From positions 620,001-684,000 of the forward strand of contig CM059432.1 in the NCBI GenBank assembly GCA_030390025.1: a stretch of DNA of 64,000 bases, read 5' to 3'. Made by a program: the position numbers and the translations under genes. Origin of the DNA: Squalus acanthias. Taxonomy: Eukaryota. The notes under the pieces are model-generated. The model saw only the letters and a list, made by a program, of their open reading frames with translations, was not told where the DNA came from and did no database searches. This document shows, piece after piece, positions 13,638 to 25,535 of the stretch (position 1 is its first letter; each line of letters opens with the position of its first letter).

Positions 13638-14070
13638 TAGCAAAATACTGCGGATGCTGGAAATCTGAAATAACAACAGAAAACGCTGGAAAAACTCAGC
13701 AGGCCAGGCAGCATCCGTGGAGAGAGAAAGAGAGTTAACGTTTCAGGTCGATGACCTTTCGTCAGAACTGTGAAGAGCCGGAAATCAAATAGATTTAAGG
13801 CCAGAGTAAAGCTGGGAAAAGGGGGAGGGGATAAAAGAACAAAGGGGGAGATGAAGAGACATTAAGAGATATGCAAGGCTAGAGGTGGTGTTAATGTGAC
13901 AGATTAAGGCTGAAAGAAGTGTGAAATCCACTGGCAGAATGAAGGACAGCTGCCAGCTTCTAGGAGGAAAAAAAAAGGTGGGGGGGGGCAAATAAAAGGG
14001 TGGAAAAAATAAAATATAAATGTGATTGGAGCTGAGGTTATGATCTAAAATTGTTGAACTCGATATTGAG
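13638..14070 (-). mobile_element. Penelope-type short repeat with hammerhead core
   Basis: Family recurs at 5380-5500, 24981-25085, 26453-26600 and 32120-32200; contains CTGACGA...GAAAC. Confidence 0.6.
13733..13769 (-). ncRNA. Minimal type I hammerhead ribozyme
   Basis: AGTT-CTGACGA-A-AGGTC-ATC-GACCT-GAAAC-GTT-AACT: stem I AGTT/AACT, stem II AGGTC/GACCT, intact core, palindromic ACGT stem III. Confidence 0.7.
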
Positions 14071-14614
14071 TCCACATAAAACAAAAACCATTTCAACACC
14101 ACAGTGTACAAACACATAGCACCATCATAATCCAATTAAATGCTACAGATAACATTTATTCCAATAAACCACGAAAAAACCCGTTTTACGCCAGTCCTAC
14201 TGGCATTGTTCGTTCGATCATTCGATCATTCATTCAATTGAAGCTCTTATTGAAAGGTGTAAGATTCTGATGGGGGCCTTTGACAGGGTAGATGCATAGA
14301 AGCATAGAAGATAGGAGCAGGAGTAGGCCATTCGGCCCCTCCAGCCTGCTCCGCCATTCAATGAGATCATGGCTGATCATCCAAGCTCAGTACCCTGTCC
14401 CTGCTTTCTCCCCATATCCCTTGATCCCTTTAGCCTTAAGAAATATATCTAACTCCTTCTTGAATATATATGCAGGGAGGATGTTTCCCCTCCTGGGGGA
14501 ATCTAGAACCAAGGGGGCCACACAGTCTCAGGATAAGGGGGGGTCGCCCATTTAAGAAAGACTTGCATTTCTACAGCGCCTTTCACGACCACCGGACATC
14601 TCAGCGCTTCAAAG

Positions 14615-14810
14615 CCCTGGAGATGGAACACGCTGTGTCCACCGGCACGCTTCAGGCCTTCCACGACCAGTGGGCACCAGAGGGACTGGAGTGCATCATC
14701 ATTCCGGGGAATAGTATTTTAATTACATTTTTTAAGTTTCCTTTTAATTTTTGGTTAAGTTACAGTCCTTATTGGTTGTGCCCCTTTAAAAAGGGGGCGC
14801 GTGCTTAACT
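14615..14810 (+). mobile_element. Tx1/L1-like LINE extreme 3' fragment
   Basis: LEMEHAVSTGTLQAFHDQWAPEGLECII resembles the Tx1 ORF2 C-terminus, followed by a T-rich UTR. Confidence 0.45.
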
Positions 14811-15049
14811 TTAAATTGGCACTTGCCAGCAAGAAGAAGAGAGAGTTATCCAATGAGTCCCTGCTCTTTCCCTATAGCCCTGCAAATTTTTCCTTTCCAA
14901 GTATTCCTTTCCAGCTCCCCTTTTGAAAGGTATTATTGAATCTGACAAACAGGCATCCGTCTGATGGGCTTGCTGCCGGTATCCGTATCCCGCGGTAGGG
15001 GGAGGCCGGGCTGGGGCCTCGAGCTGGGGCGTAGGCTGAGGTGTCGGCC

Positions 15050-15091
<42 letters not shown>

Positions 15092-16009
15092 GTGGGTTAA
15101 AGTCTCACTCCAGAACTTGAACACAAAAATCTAGGCTGACACTCCAGTACAGTACTGAGGGAGTGCTGCACTTGTAGGCGTCGCTAGCAAGGCCAGCATT
15201 TATTGCCCATCCCTAATTGCCCTTGAGAAGGTGGTGTTGAACTGCCTTCTTGAACCGCTGCAGTCCGTGTGGTCATGTTACTCTCTCACAGTGCTGTTAG
15301 GGAGGGAGTTCCAGGATTTTGACCCAGCAACGATGAAGGAACGGCCGATATATTTCCAAGTTAGGATGGTGTGTAAATTGGAGATGGTGGTGTTCCCATG
15401 TGCCTGCTGCCCTTGTCCTTCTAGGTGGTGGAGGTCGTAAGTTTGGGAGGTGCTGTTGAAGAAGTCTTGGCGAGTTGCTGCAGTGCATCTTGTAGATGGT
15501 ACATACTGCAGCCACAGTGCGCCGGTGGTGGAGGAAGTGAATGTAGTAAAATGTCCCACGGTGCCGAGCCACATAAGGAGATATATGGGCTGATGACCAA
15601 AAGCTTAGCTTAGCGTCTTAAAGGAGGAGAGAGAGACAGAGAGGTTTGGGAGGGAATTCCAGAGCTAAGGGCCCAGGCAGCTGAAGGGATGGCCGCCAAT
15701 GATGGAGCGATTAGATGCTCAAGAGGTTAGAATTGGCGGAGTGCAGAGATCTTGGAGGGTTGTGGGGCTGGAGGAGGTTACAGATATAGGGAGGGGCGAG
15801 GCCATGGAGGGATTTGAAAACAAGATGAGAATTTTGAAATCGAGGCGTTGTTTAACCAGGAGCCAATGTAGGTCAGCGAGCACAGGGGTGATGGGTGAAC
15901 GGGACTTGGTGTGAGTTAGGCACGGGCAGCAGAGTTTTGGATGTCCTCAAGTGTACGTAGGGTAGAACGTGGTAGGCCGGCCAGGAGTGCGTTGGAATAG
16001 TCGAGTCTA

Positions 16010-19000
16010 TTTGGATACACTCGTGGGACGGGTCCCATTAAAAGAGTGTCTATTTCAAGTTTTTACGTGGCTCGTCCACGGGGTCTCGTCCAGCGAATAC
16101 ACACAGGCCATGGGAGGGCCGGGTACTCAGGTGTTGGGGAGGACTGGGTAAATCTATGATTAATAGGATAGGTACAGACGGCTTCCTGTTTTACCAGCAT
16201 GGAGTTCACCACCGAAAGGGAGACGCAGCTGAGCTACCGTGTCGTTGATTAGTTCTCGTAGAGCCATACGCTCATAGAGTTATACCCATAATCATCATCG
16301 ATGTTTGTGCATTATTACTAATAATATACACATTCATTACAGTGATTAAAAACACAATTTTTATAATTCATCTTTAACGATGATAATACAAACACATGCT
16401 AGAACTATTTACATAGAGATGTTGACTTTGAAATTACTTTTACGCACAGACAGTACACCAGCGATTACTGATCATTGAAGATCTGTAATATTTCCAGTGT
16501 TAAAGCTATTGTTAATCTAGATAGTTGTTTAGAGAAGGCATTGTACCTCTCAATGTTAAGATATTTCATAAGAGTGTCATTAAGTTCCAGCCATTTGCCT
16601 CTGGCTCCCATTACGAATCCAAAAAATTGGATCGACAATCCCTTGGTCAATTCTGCGATCAGTGGTTCCAGATGTTTGTATTTTCCGGCCTTCTCCGCCC
16701 ATGCTTTCTCCAGCGCCATGTTGTTGTCCTCGAACCACACCGTCACATCGACCACTGCCACCTCCTGCCCTTTGATGAATATGATGTCGGGCTTCCACAG
16801 TCTCCCATCCTGGGTTGTGAATCTGGGCTCGATGTGTGTCGTCCACCCGTATTTGGACACCAGTTCTTTCAGCTTGTCCTGGATCTTATTGTGGCGTTTA
16901 ATTCTCGCGTTCTTGACCGCGGGACATCGTCCAGATATATGTGCTGTAAGGGGTTCGCGTGGCTCTGTGCTTAGCCTGGGTGCTAGTGCGGGGTTAGGCC
17001 TTGTTGCCTGTTCTGGTCTCCAGCCAGCCTGGTAGCACTAGACACCTGTGAGTGGTTCGACCCACTCGCCCTTACGGTTCTGACACTGGACTTAGGTGCG
17101 AGAGCAGTGAATGCGGAGAAAACTCAGGTAGACCCGGTTGAATAGTACGAAATGGAAAATCTTTATTGCATATTGTTCAAGATTACGAAATACATGTCAT
17201 AAGCACAGATTAATGACATTACAAGCTTACATACATTTATGCAACTAGGTTTAGGGAAACGAGGAGCGCACGACACATCGTAAAAGGGGACACACATTAT
17301 ATTTATCCTTAAAACAAAAACCCTCCCCTATCAATACCTGTCCTAATCTAGATCTGTAGGATCGAGAACCATGCTCACCACTCGTGATAACTCGGAGAAT
17401 TCTAAAACGATGCTCGGATGTTTTCGCCACAGCACCTGACTATTCACGTGTTGATCAGGGGTCTCTGTACCCCACTTGTTTACTCGCTTTGCTCCGGCTA
17501 GCAGGCTGGACCGTCTGCTGTCATGAAGATCTGTGTTGACCTCGGAACTCTGATAAAACTCAAAGAAGAGTCTTCCTGTGCCCGACACCAGTTAGCCGGT
17601 AGAATTCAAAGAAGAGTCTTTCTGGATCGACACCAGTTCGATAAAATTCGAAGAAAAGTCTTCCTGCGTCAGTTCGTGCAGTAACCTATAGAGTTCAAAA
17701 ATGGTATATATATTTTCGGGCGCGGTCGGGGTTTACTGACCGCGGCGGCACGTGGATTCTTCTCTTGTCTTGTTTCGTCTCGTCGGGCCTTCGGGTCCCC
17801 ACACCGTCTACCGACCCTCGGGATGGTGTACCCGCTTACCGGCCTTCGCAGCCCAGCTCTTCACAGATCTTCGCGGCAAGCCACGAGGTTGACTCCCGGA
17901 AGATCAGCGGACCAAGAGCTCGGTGGGCCGCAAACGAGAGCCAGGGGTCGAATCAAGAGAGAGGTGGACGTTTGTTTACTACAGTTATAGTACTGTAATT
18001 CTTTATCTCCCGCCCAATCTTAATGTTCATCTTTTGTCATGTTTTGGCACTCAAACTTCTTGTATGGGGTGGTTCTTGTCGTCAATGGGTTTCGGTGATA
18101 CTTGTAACTGTCTAAGTACCCGTTAATGTTTCTCGCATTGTGGAACCGGCTAGGAGTCTCCCTGGAGGGGTTTTGGGGCCCTCCGAATTCTTGCTGTGAG
18201 TACCCGCGAACGGCTCTCTCATCGTAGAGCCGTGGGGAATTTGCGTATCAATGTCTTTGGATGGGCCCTTAATTGCCCAGTACAATAGCCCTCGTTTGTG
18301 CATGGAAAACCGATTCCAGCACTTATATTCTCTTAGGTGTACAAAATGCAAAACGATCGCGTCTTGTCTTATTTCATTATGCTGAGTACTGTCCGATCTT
18401 GCTGAAATGTTTATTGAAACGCCATCTTGTCTGCCTACTGAAAAGTCTAGAAACTTCTGCCACGAGGCGTGGCGGCCATTTTACAGGCTGCTTGTGTCCG
18501 TTTTGAAACATGACAGCATTTTACTGAAATAAAGCTGTTTTTACGAAACTGTATGTCTCTTTCTCATTATTTTGAAATCGCGATAATTTGCAAATTTTAC
18601 AGTGCTATAGATTCACTCGCCGCCAAGCATCTTCTACAGGTTTTCACCACGTTATTGCGGCCATATGAAAGAGTGTACCTAGTGGGATATAGGTTACACC
18701 TCAACAGTAGTCCCATTATATATTGCGATTGTTTGCGGATGTAGACTGTGTTTATCCATGAGTTGGATGTTCTGTCATCTCTAATAATGAATTCCCGAGC
18801 CTTGGCACCGGAGTTTTGCCCATCTGGCGAATTCCCGTTTCCTCCAGTCCGCGTATCTGTTGACTGGTTTGTTGCTCTTTCCAATTCCGAACATTGCTCT
18901 CGCCACCACTTCTAATGTAGAATCCAGCCGTCTGGGCATCTCTCTGTCTTGGTTTGCCATCTCTTCGATCGTTTCCTCGGCAATGCTTGGCAGTCTGGGC

Positions 19001-20028
19001 AATTCACTGCCTTGGATGGCTTGGGGTGGAGTGGGTTCAAGGAACTCTTCAATCTCTTTGAGGACTTTCAAGTTCCTGAGCCTCATAATGTTCTCTTGGT
19101 TGTTTTTACTGCGGTACTGGAACGACGCACTGATGATCGCATCGTTAGAAGTTTCAAGGGATACGAGTTTCCTTATGATTGCAGATGGAATTTGTATTTC
19201 TAGCTTGGGCTGCCCAAGGCCTCCGTCTTTATTTCTTGAGTATAAAATACCGTCCGTGATGTCGGCTGGGAGATGGAGTATCTCCTTTGCTGCTTTTTTA
19301 ATTAATAGGTCCAGATTGGTAAGAGTATTCTGGGATGCTTCAGTTAGGATGAGATGATAGTAGATCCGTGGGATCATATGCGTTTTAAGTATTTCGACCT
19401 TCTGAGTTGGCTTAAGTTCGACCTTCCTCAGGCTCTCTATCCAAGTGTTCAGTTTTGCGGACCATTTGTCCTCCGTGACTCCTGCCCATGGGTTGATACG
19501 GGCCCCCAGATACTTCTCTAGGTCTCCTGGAGGGATGTAGCTCACCGGGCTTCCGTTGATCCTCCAGTTATCCTTACAGTTGTATAGGAACGTCTTCCTC
19601 ACACAACTGAAGTGGAAGCCAGCTGTCTTCTTTATGTTGATGTTGAGACCCATGTTCTTACAGAATGACTGCAAGATTTTCAGGTTTGTAGCCATTCCTG
19701 AGTGGGAGTCGCTGAGAATTGCGATGTCGTCCGCAAATGCAAGTGAAGAACAGTTGATTGCTTGGTTGTTAAGTTTCATCACTACCCCCATGTTTGCTCT
19801 TTCTAAGGAACAGATAAGGGGGTCCATTGTAATATTAAACAACAGGGGTGATAGCGGGTCGCCTTGTTGACTCCCCTTTTGATGAGGATGGGGTCTGTGT
19901 TGGTTTTATCACCTTCTATCACCGTCATGTTGCCGGTATAGAGACTCGCCACCAGGTGAATAAACCTTCTCGGTACTCCCATCCTTTTTAGACCAGTTTA
20001 GAGCATTTTGTGGCCGACCAAGTCAAAG
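16010..20028 (-). mobile_element. 5'-truncated R2-like RLE non-LTR retrotransposon (RT, CCHC knuckle, restriction-like endonuclease)
   Basis: FDLVGH, QGDPLSPLLFN, LAFADD, YLG, LHLP..DGILY...DGGLG; CRRC...HISGRC knuckle; RHNK; KPDII...VVDVTV...KAGKY (16465-16860); single-nt frameshifts near 19870 and 18785. Confidence 0.88.
16945..18601 (-). mobile_element. Solo LTR, 1657 bp, copy A
   Basis: TGTAA...TTACA termini; 4-bp target duplication GTGC (16941-16944 / 18602-18605); removing it restores the R2 reading frame. Confidence 0.85.
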
Positions 20029-20328
20029 GATGAGGGTTTCAGCAACAGATGAGCTGAGGTTGGGTGGAGACGGGCGATATTACGGAGGTGGAAGTAGGCT
20101 ATCCAATTAGTCCCACTCCTCAGATTCAATAGTAACTTTCAAAAGGTGAATTGGATAAATACTTGAAAAGAAAAAAAATTGCAAGGCTATAGGGAAAGAG
20201 CAGGGGAGTGGGACTAATTGGATAGCTCTTTCAAAGAGCCGGCACAGGCACGATTGGCCAAATGACCTCCTTCTGTGCTGTATCATTCTGTGATTTGCTT
20301 TATCTAACTCTGAAAAATACAGCACTCT

Positions 20329-21219
20329 GGGGGAAAAATTCAGTTGGTTGCGCCTCCCGTTAGCGCCTTAAGAGGGCGCTAATGGGGCGTAAAGTGTCTA
20401 GTGCCCGGGCGCGGCGATGTTTGCACCGCTCGCGAAATTAACTAGACATTTTGTGGCGGCGCTAAACACTACCGCCACGATCTCCTGCGCCGGCAGATCG
20501 TGACGTCAGTCAAGTGCGCAACACCCCGGTATCGCCCCGGAGCGGATATTGAGTGGCGCCCCCTGCCTTACCGCCTGCCGCTAGCAACGACAGGTTGAGG
20601 GGAGCGTTTTGCAGTCAGGAAGGGACTGGGGGAGCGCTATTTAAAGGTGACCGCTTCCTGCCTTTTATTGTTGCCGACATTTTTGAACCACGCATTCTGA
20701 GAGAGAGAGAGAGAGACTTCTGGAGAGATTCAACGCTGTGTGAAGGAGTTTTGGGTACTGAGCAGCACTTTGCAGGTTCATTTTGATTTGCCCTTCCTTG
20801 TATCGATTTAGAAGAGACTGTGGGGGCTGCACTCTGAGCTCTTTCCCTGGTATTCTCCATTGTTCTTTCCAGCAGATTTGATGTGCAGGTCTCTCCAGGC
20901 CGAGATTCAAGGCTGCAATGAGCAGGATGTGGATGGAAAGCAAGATCAACCCTCCCCTTTAAGAACTGGATCGCGCCATTGTGTCTGTTCCATTGCTGAC
21001 TGACATCACATGAGCTTCGCCAGCGCTCTGAGGTAGCGCCTCGCTCCTCGGCCTTTGCGCCTTAAGACAGGTGTGAAACGCCTGATTTAGCGCTCCAATC
21101 ACCTCCAGGGGCGATAAAAGTCAAGTTTGCAGTCGGTGGCGATAATTAGCGTCAGGCGCTAATCTTTGCGCCCGGACGATAATTGCGCCCCAACTGGGGC
21201 GATACTGAATTTCTCCCCC
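20329..21219 (+). mobile_element. PIF/Harbinger-type MITE, copy 1
   Basis: 16-bp TIR GGGGGA(A/G)AAATTCAGT; 3-bp target duplication TCT. Confidence 0.85.
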
Positions 21220-21626
21220 TCTATGTGTAAATGGTTTATGGCTATCATTCTGGGAGTATGTGTATCCTCCTAGGGGTAGTAATTGGAGTCTCTTTGGGGT
21301 CAGGTTGAATCTTCAGATGACAGAAGTTTTAGAACAATGTTAGTCTCTTGCTATATAGACTTCCTGAGAGAGGCTGGTCTGCAATACTCCAGGATGTTGT
21401 TGATAATTTACCCACCAGCCTGGCTCATTGATGAGATCTAGTGGGATAGATCATCCCCATGGGGTTGAGCTTCTTCCCATTTGGAACCAAGCAACTTTGG
21501 ATCTGCAAACCAATGCCCTAATGGTCCTATCTGGACAAGGCAAAGGAAGTTTACCAGTGCTTTGTGTTGATAAGCTGTACACATGTAGCCAGTTGAACTC
21601 TAGCAATGTCTGTATACAAACTTATG

Positions 21627-22525
21627 GGGGGGAAAATTCAGTATCGCCCCGTTTGGGGCGCAATTATCGGCCGGGCGCAAAGATTAGCGCCTGGCGCTAA
21701 TTATCGCCTCCGTCTGCAAACTTGACTTTTATCGCCCCTGGAGGTGATTGGAGCGCTAAATCAGGCGCTACACATCTGTCTTAAGGCGCAAAGGCCAAGG
21801 AGCGAGGTGCTAACTCAGAGCGCTGGCGAAGCTCATGTGATGTCAGTCAGCAATGGAACACAGACACAATGGCCCCGGCCAGTTCTTAAAGGGGAGGGTT
21901 GATCTTGCTTTCCATCCACATCCTGCTCATTGCAGCCTTGAATCTTGGCCTGGAGAGACCTGTACATCAAATCTGCTGGAAAGAACAATGGAGAGGCCCA
22001 GGGAAAGAGCTCAGAGTGCAGCCCCCACAGTCTCTTCTAAATCGATACAAGGAAGGGCAAATCAAAATGAACCTGCAAAGTGCTGCTCAGTACCCAAAAC
22101 TCCTTCACACAGCGTTGAATCTCTCCAGAAGTCTCTCTCTCTCTCTCTCTCTCTCAGAATGCGTGGTTCAAAAATGTCGGCAACAAAAAAAGGCAGGAAG
22201 CTCTCGCCTATAAATAGCGCTCCCCCAGTCCCTTCCTGACTGCAAAATGCTCCCCTCAACCTGTCGTTGCTAGCGGCAGGCGGTAAGGCAGGGGGCTCCA
22301 TTGAATATCCGCTCCGGGGCGCTACCGGGGCGTTGCGCACTCGACTGACGTCACGATCTGCCGGCGCAGGAGATCGTGGCGGTAGTGTTTAGCGCCGCCG
22401 CAAAACGTCTAGTTCATTTCGCGAGCGGCGCAAACATCGCCGCGCCTGGGCACGAGTTGCTTTGCGCCCCATTAGCGCCCTCTTAAGGCGCTAACGGGAG
22501 GCGCAACCAACTGAATTTTTCCCCC
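21627..22525 (-). mobile_element. PIF/Harbinger-type MITE, copy 2 (inverted relative to copy 1)
   Basis: Same TIR and internal sequence in reverse; target duplication ATG. Confidence 0.85.
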
Positions 22526-22854
22526 ATGGGTTCTTAAGTCTTGGCTTTGGCAACCTGTATTTTGGCTCTCTAGATTTAGGTGAGTGAGATATGTCCCTAC
22601 ATGGAGAGCATATGTACTCCATATCAAGCAAACAGAAATGATGTACATTGCTCAGTAGTTTTGGAGACAGTTAAGCATGGTAATGAGTTACTTTAGAACC
22701 CAAGGGTCTTCCTGCTGAAGGTAGTCTCTAAAATTCATTTTCGCTCAGTTAGTACCATTCTCACTTCTGGATAAGAAGGTTGTGGGTGTAAGACCACTAC
22801 AGGGTCTGAGCATTTAATCTAGGCTGACACTTCATTATAGTACTGAGTTTAGAG

Positions 22855-23250
22855 TTTATGGTAGCATAGTGGTTAGCTTACTGGGCTAGTAATTCAGACG
22901 CCTGGAATAATGATCCAGGGATATGAATTCAAATCCCACCACGGCAGCTGGGGAATAAATTCAAAATAATTAAATAAATCTGGAATAAAAAGCTAGTACC
23001 AGTAATGGTGACCATGAAACTACCGGATTGTCGTAAAAACCCATCTGGTTCACTGATGTCCTTTAGGGAAGGAAATCTGCCGCCCTTACCCGGTCTGGGC
23101 CTATATGTGACTCCAGACCCACAGCAATGTGGTTGACTCTTAACTGTCCTTTGAAATGGCTCACCACCACCTTCTCAAGGTCAATTAGGGATGGGCAATA
23201 AATGCTGGCCTTGCCAGCGATGCCCACATCCCGGGAAAGAATTTAAAAAA
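22855..23250 (+). mobile_element. tRNA-derived SINE with LINE-derived tail
   Basis: A-box GGTAGCATAGTGG, B-box-like GAATTCAAATCC, tail shared with the LINE at 2210-2955. Confidence 0.7.
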
Positions 23251-25535
23251 TAATAATTACATTAATATTTGTGCTCAAAATTGTCATTTATATATAGAAT
23301 ATATTTACTGAACTGAAGCCAGAGGGGTAGATTCGAACTATTGGGCAGGAGCTCGATCCTGGCCAGGTCCATTTTGATATTGGGGCCTCATTACCAGGGC
23401 CATTTGCAAGCTGGCTGGCAGGGAGGTAGATCCAGGGGGACGGTTGTGATCTCGGACAGCAGGAGCCCAGTCGACAGCGGCCCACACTATTCTTGTGGCG
23501 CTCGGTGGAGCGCTCCTGGCCCCAGAGAAATAATTTTAACACTTCTTTTTGAGCCTCTTCTGCTGTACCGCCAGGTTTTACTGAGCAGCGTAACACTGTG
23601 CACGATCCACCATTAAAATTAAGATCTGAAGTATTTAAAGTCAATGTTGAGGCCAGAGAGTTGCACAGGCTGCAAACAATATATTAACAATGTATGTAAT
23701 AGTGCCCTGATTTTCATAGATTAATAGAAAAATCCCGCCTGATTGAGGCGGTTGCCTCGGCCACCCAGCAGAAAGCCCCGGGTAAAATGACGGTGGAGCG
23801 GTAAGTCTTCCACCTCCATTTTAACTCCACCAGAGCCACGTTTCTGCCAGGCGGGGGGGGAGTTGGAATCAGATTGTTGATCTTAATCTGGCACTTCTGG
23901 TGTTAAACCATTTTCTGACGTAATATGACCTGATGAGCAGCGCTGTTGAAATATGGGAGGGGCCTAAAGTTTGAAATTGAGCAAACCAGTCAGTTAGTTA
24001 CACATCTCCCTTGTTATCTCAGTAATGACGTTTGAAACAGTTGAACAGTATCTTAGCGTGTTTGCTTTGTAGTACAGCCATAGGATGGGGTAAGAAGCAT
24101 TTGTAGATTAATGCCTGATAAAAGCCTACATTCTTAGAATGAGCAAAACTGGTGCCGCCCAATATGATATCATTGTCCACTGACATTGCACTAAACATTG
24201 CAGTGTGTTTTATTCTAGAATAGAGTATAATAATCAGCTCCATGTCCCCATTCTATCTTTAAAAAGTTGGAAAAAGTGTTTACAAACATTCTGTGCACAA
24301 ACTATTTAAAGTTAATAGTTCACATCTTAATCACCGCTCCCATTTTCTCTCAGGTGCTGGTAATGGAGGATGGCCACACCAGAGCCACTGGAAGTGGAGG
24401 CGGTGCGGGCTGGTGCTTGGGGTGGGGGATCCACTATTGGTACACGGCCGGCGGGGTGGTCCGCACGCCTGGAGTCTATCTGACTTTCTTCCGCCACATT
24501 CCCAGGTCACGGCAACTCTCTGCTTTGCCAGCTTTTCTATGCTTCTCCACAAAAAGCAGTCAATGCTAGCTCAATTAATAACTTTAAATCTGAGATGGAT
24601 AGATTTTTGCGAGCCAAGTGTATTAAGGGATATGGAGCCAAGGTGGGTAAATGAGTTAGGATACAGATCAGCCATGATCTCATTGAACGGCAGAACAGGC
24701 TCGAGGTGCTGAATGGCCGACTGCTGTTCCTATGTTCCCCTCTGCTATTCTGCTGTAACCATTTATCTGGTTTAACTGCCTGTTAACTACCTGTTAACAG
24801 ACAGTTAAGTGGCTGTAATCCCCTTCCCGCCTCCAGGAGACGGGACCTGGCGCAGGTCGGCTTCCCGCCTCCTGGGAAGATGTCACGGAGGCGGGATGGG
24901 GGGCAGGATGGGTACCCGCCCCCAGATTCTGCCATTTTCCCGGCAGACCCGCCTCCCCAGGGCTGGCAAAATGCAGCCCGTTAACTCTGTTTCTCTCTCC
25001 ACAGATGCTGTCTGACCTGCTGAGCGTTTCCAGCATTTTCTGTTTGTATTTCGGATTTCCAGCATCTGCAGTATTTTGCTTTTGTATTAGCTTTAAGTAG
25101 TGCTAGCAAGTAATGATATTGGGCCACCTGCTGATGTGTGCAGCCAATGAACAGCGCGGCTAGCAGTGGCTGCATGCAGCAATCACTATAATGAGCAGGC
25201 AGCACGAAGATGGCAGCAGCAGCAGAGGCGGCAGTGCGGACCTGGGAGGAGCGGCGATGCGGCGGTATAAAGAGAGCCTGAGGCGCAGGTAGGCCGCACA
25301 GCAGCAGCAGCAGCAGCAGCGGCGGCAGAGCGGACCTGGGAGGAGCGGCGAGGCGGCAGCGGTACCAACTCAGCACCGGCAGAATTTTCAAAGAGTGACG
25401 TCAGAAGTCAAAAGTGACGTCGGCACAAGGGGAGGGAGCTGATTGGTGAGTATCTGGTAAGTGTTTTTACTTGGCTTTCTTAAAGTTTTTAAGTTTATTC
25501 CAGCTAGGTTAGTAAATAGTCTGTTAATTAAAGGT

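Larger units (their letters stand above)
15570..20100 (-). mobile_element. L2-like LINE fragment (15570-16009 plus 20029-20100) split by the R2-like insertion
   Basis: GAGCCACATAAGGAGATAT... segment also seen at 49080; L2-like sequence appears to resume after 20028. Confidence 0.55.

Noticed and set aside
17555..17670. Spaced direct repeats resembling a CRISPR array
   Set aside because: Only three degenerate units with similar spacers inside a eukaryotic LTR; no cas genes
18112..18351. Accessory ORF inside the long solo LTR
   Set aside because: The reading frame is only partly shared with copy B (47174-47431), so coding is unsupported
20553..22340. Recurrent ORFs in the MITE copies as a protein family
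   Set aside because: Similarity follows from DNA-level repeat identity; no recognisable domain and variable microsatellite length
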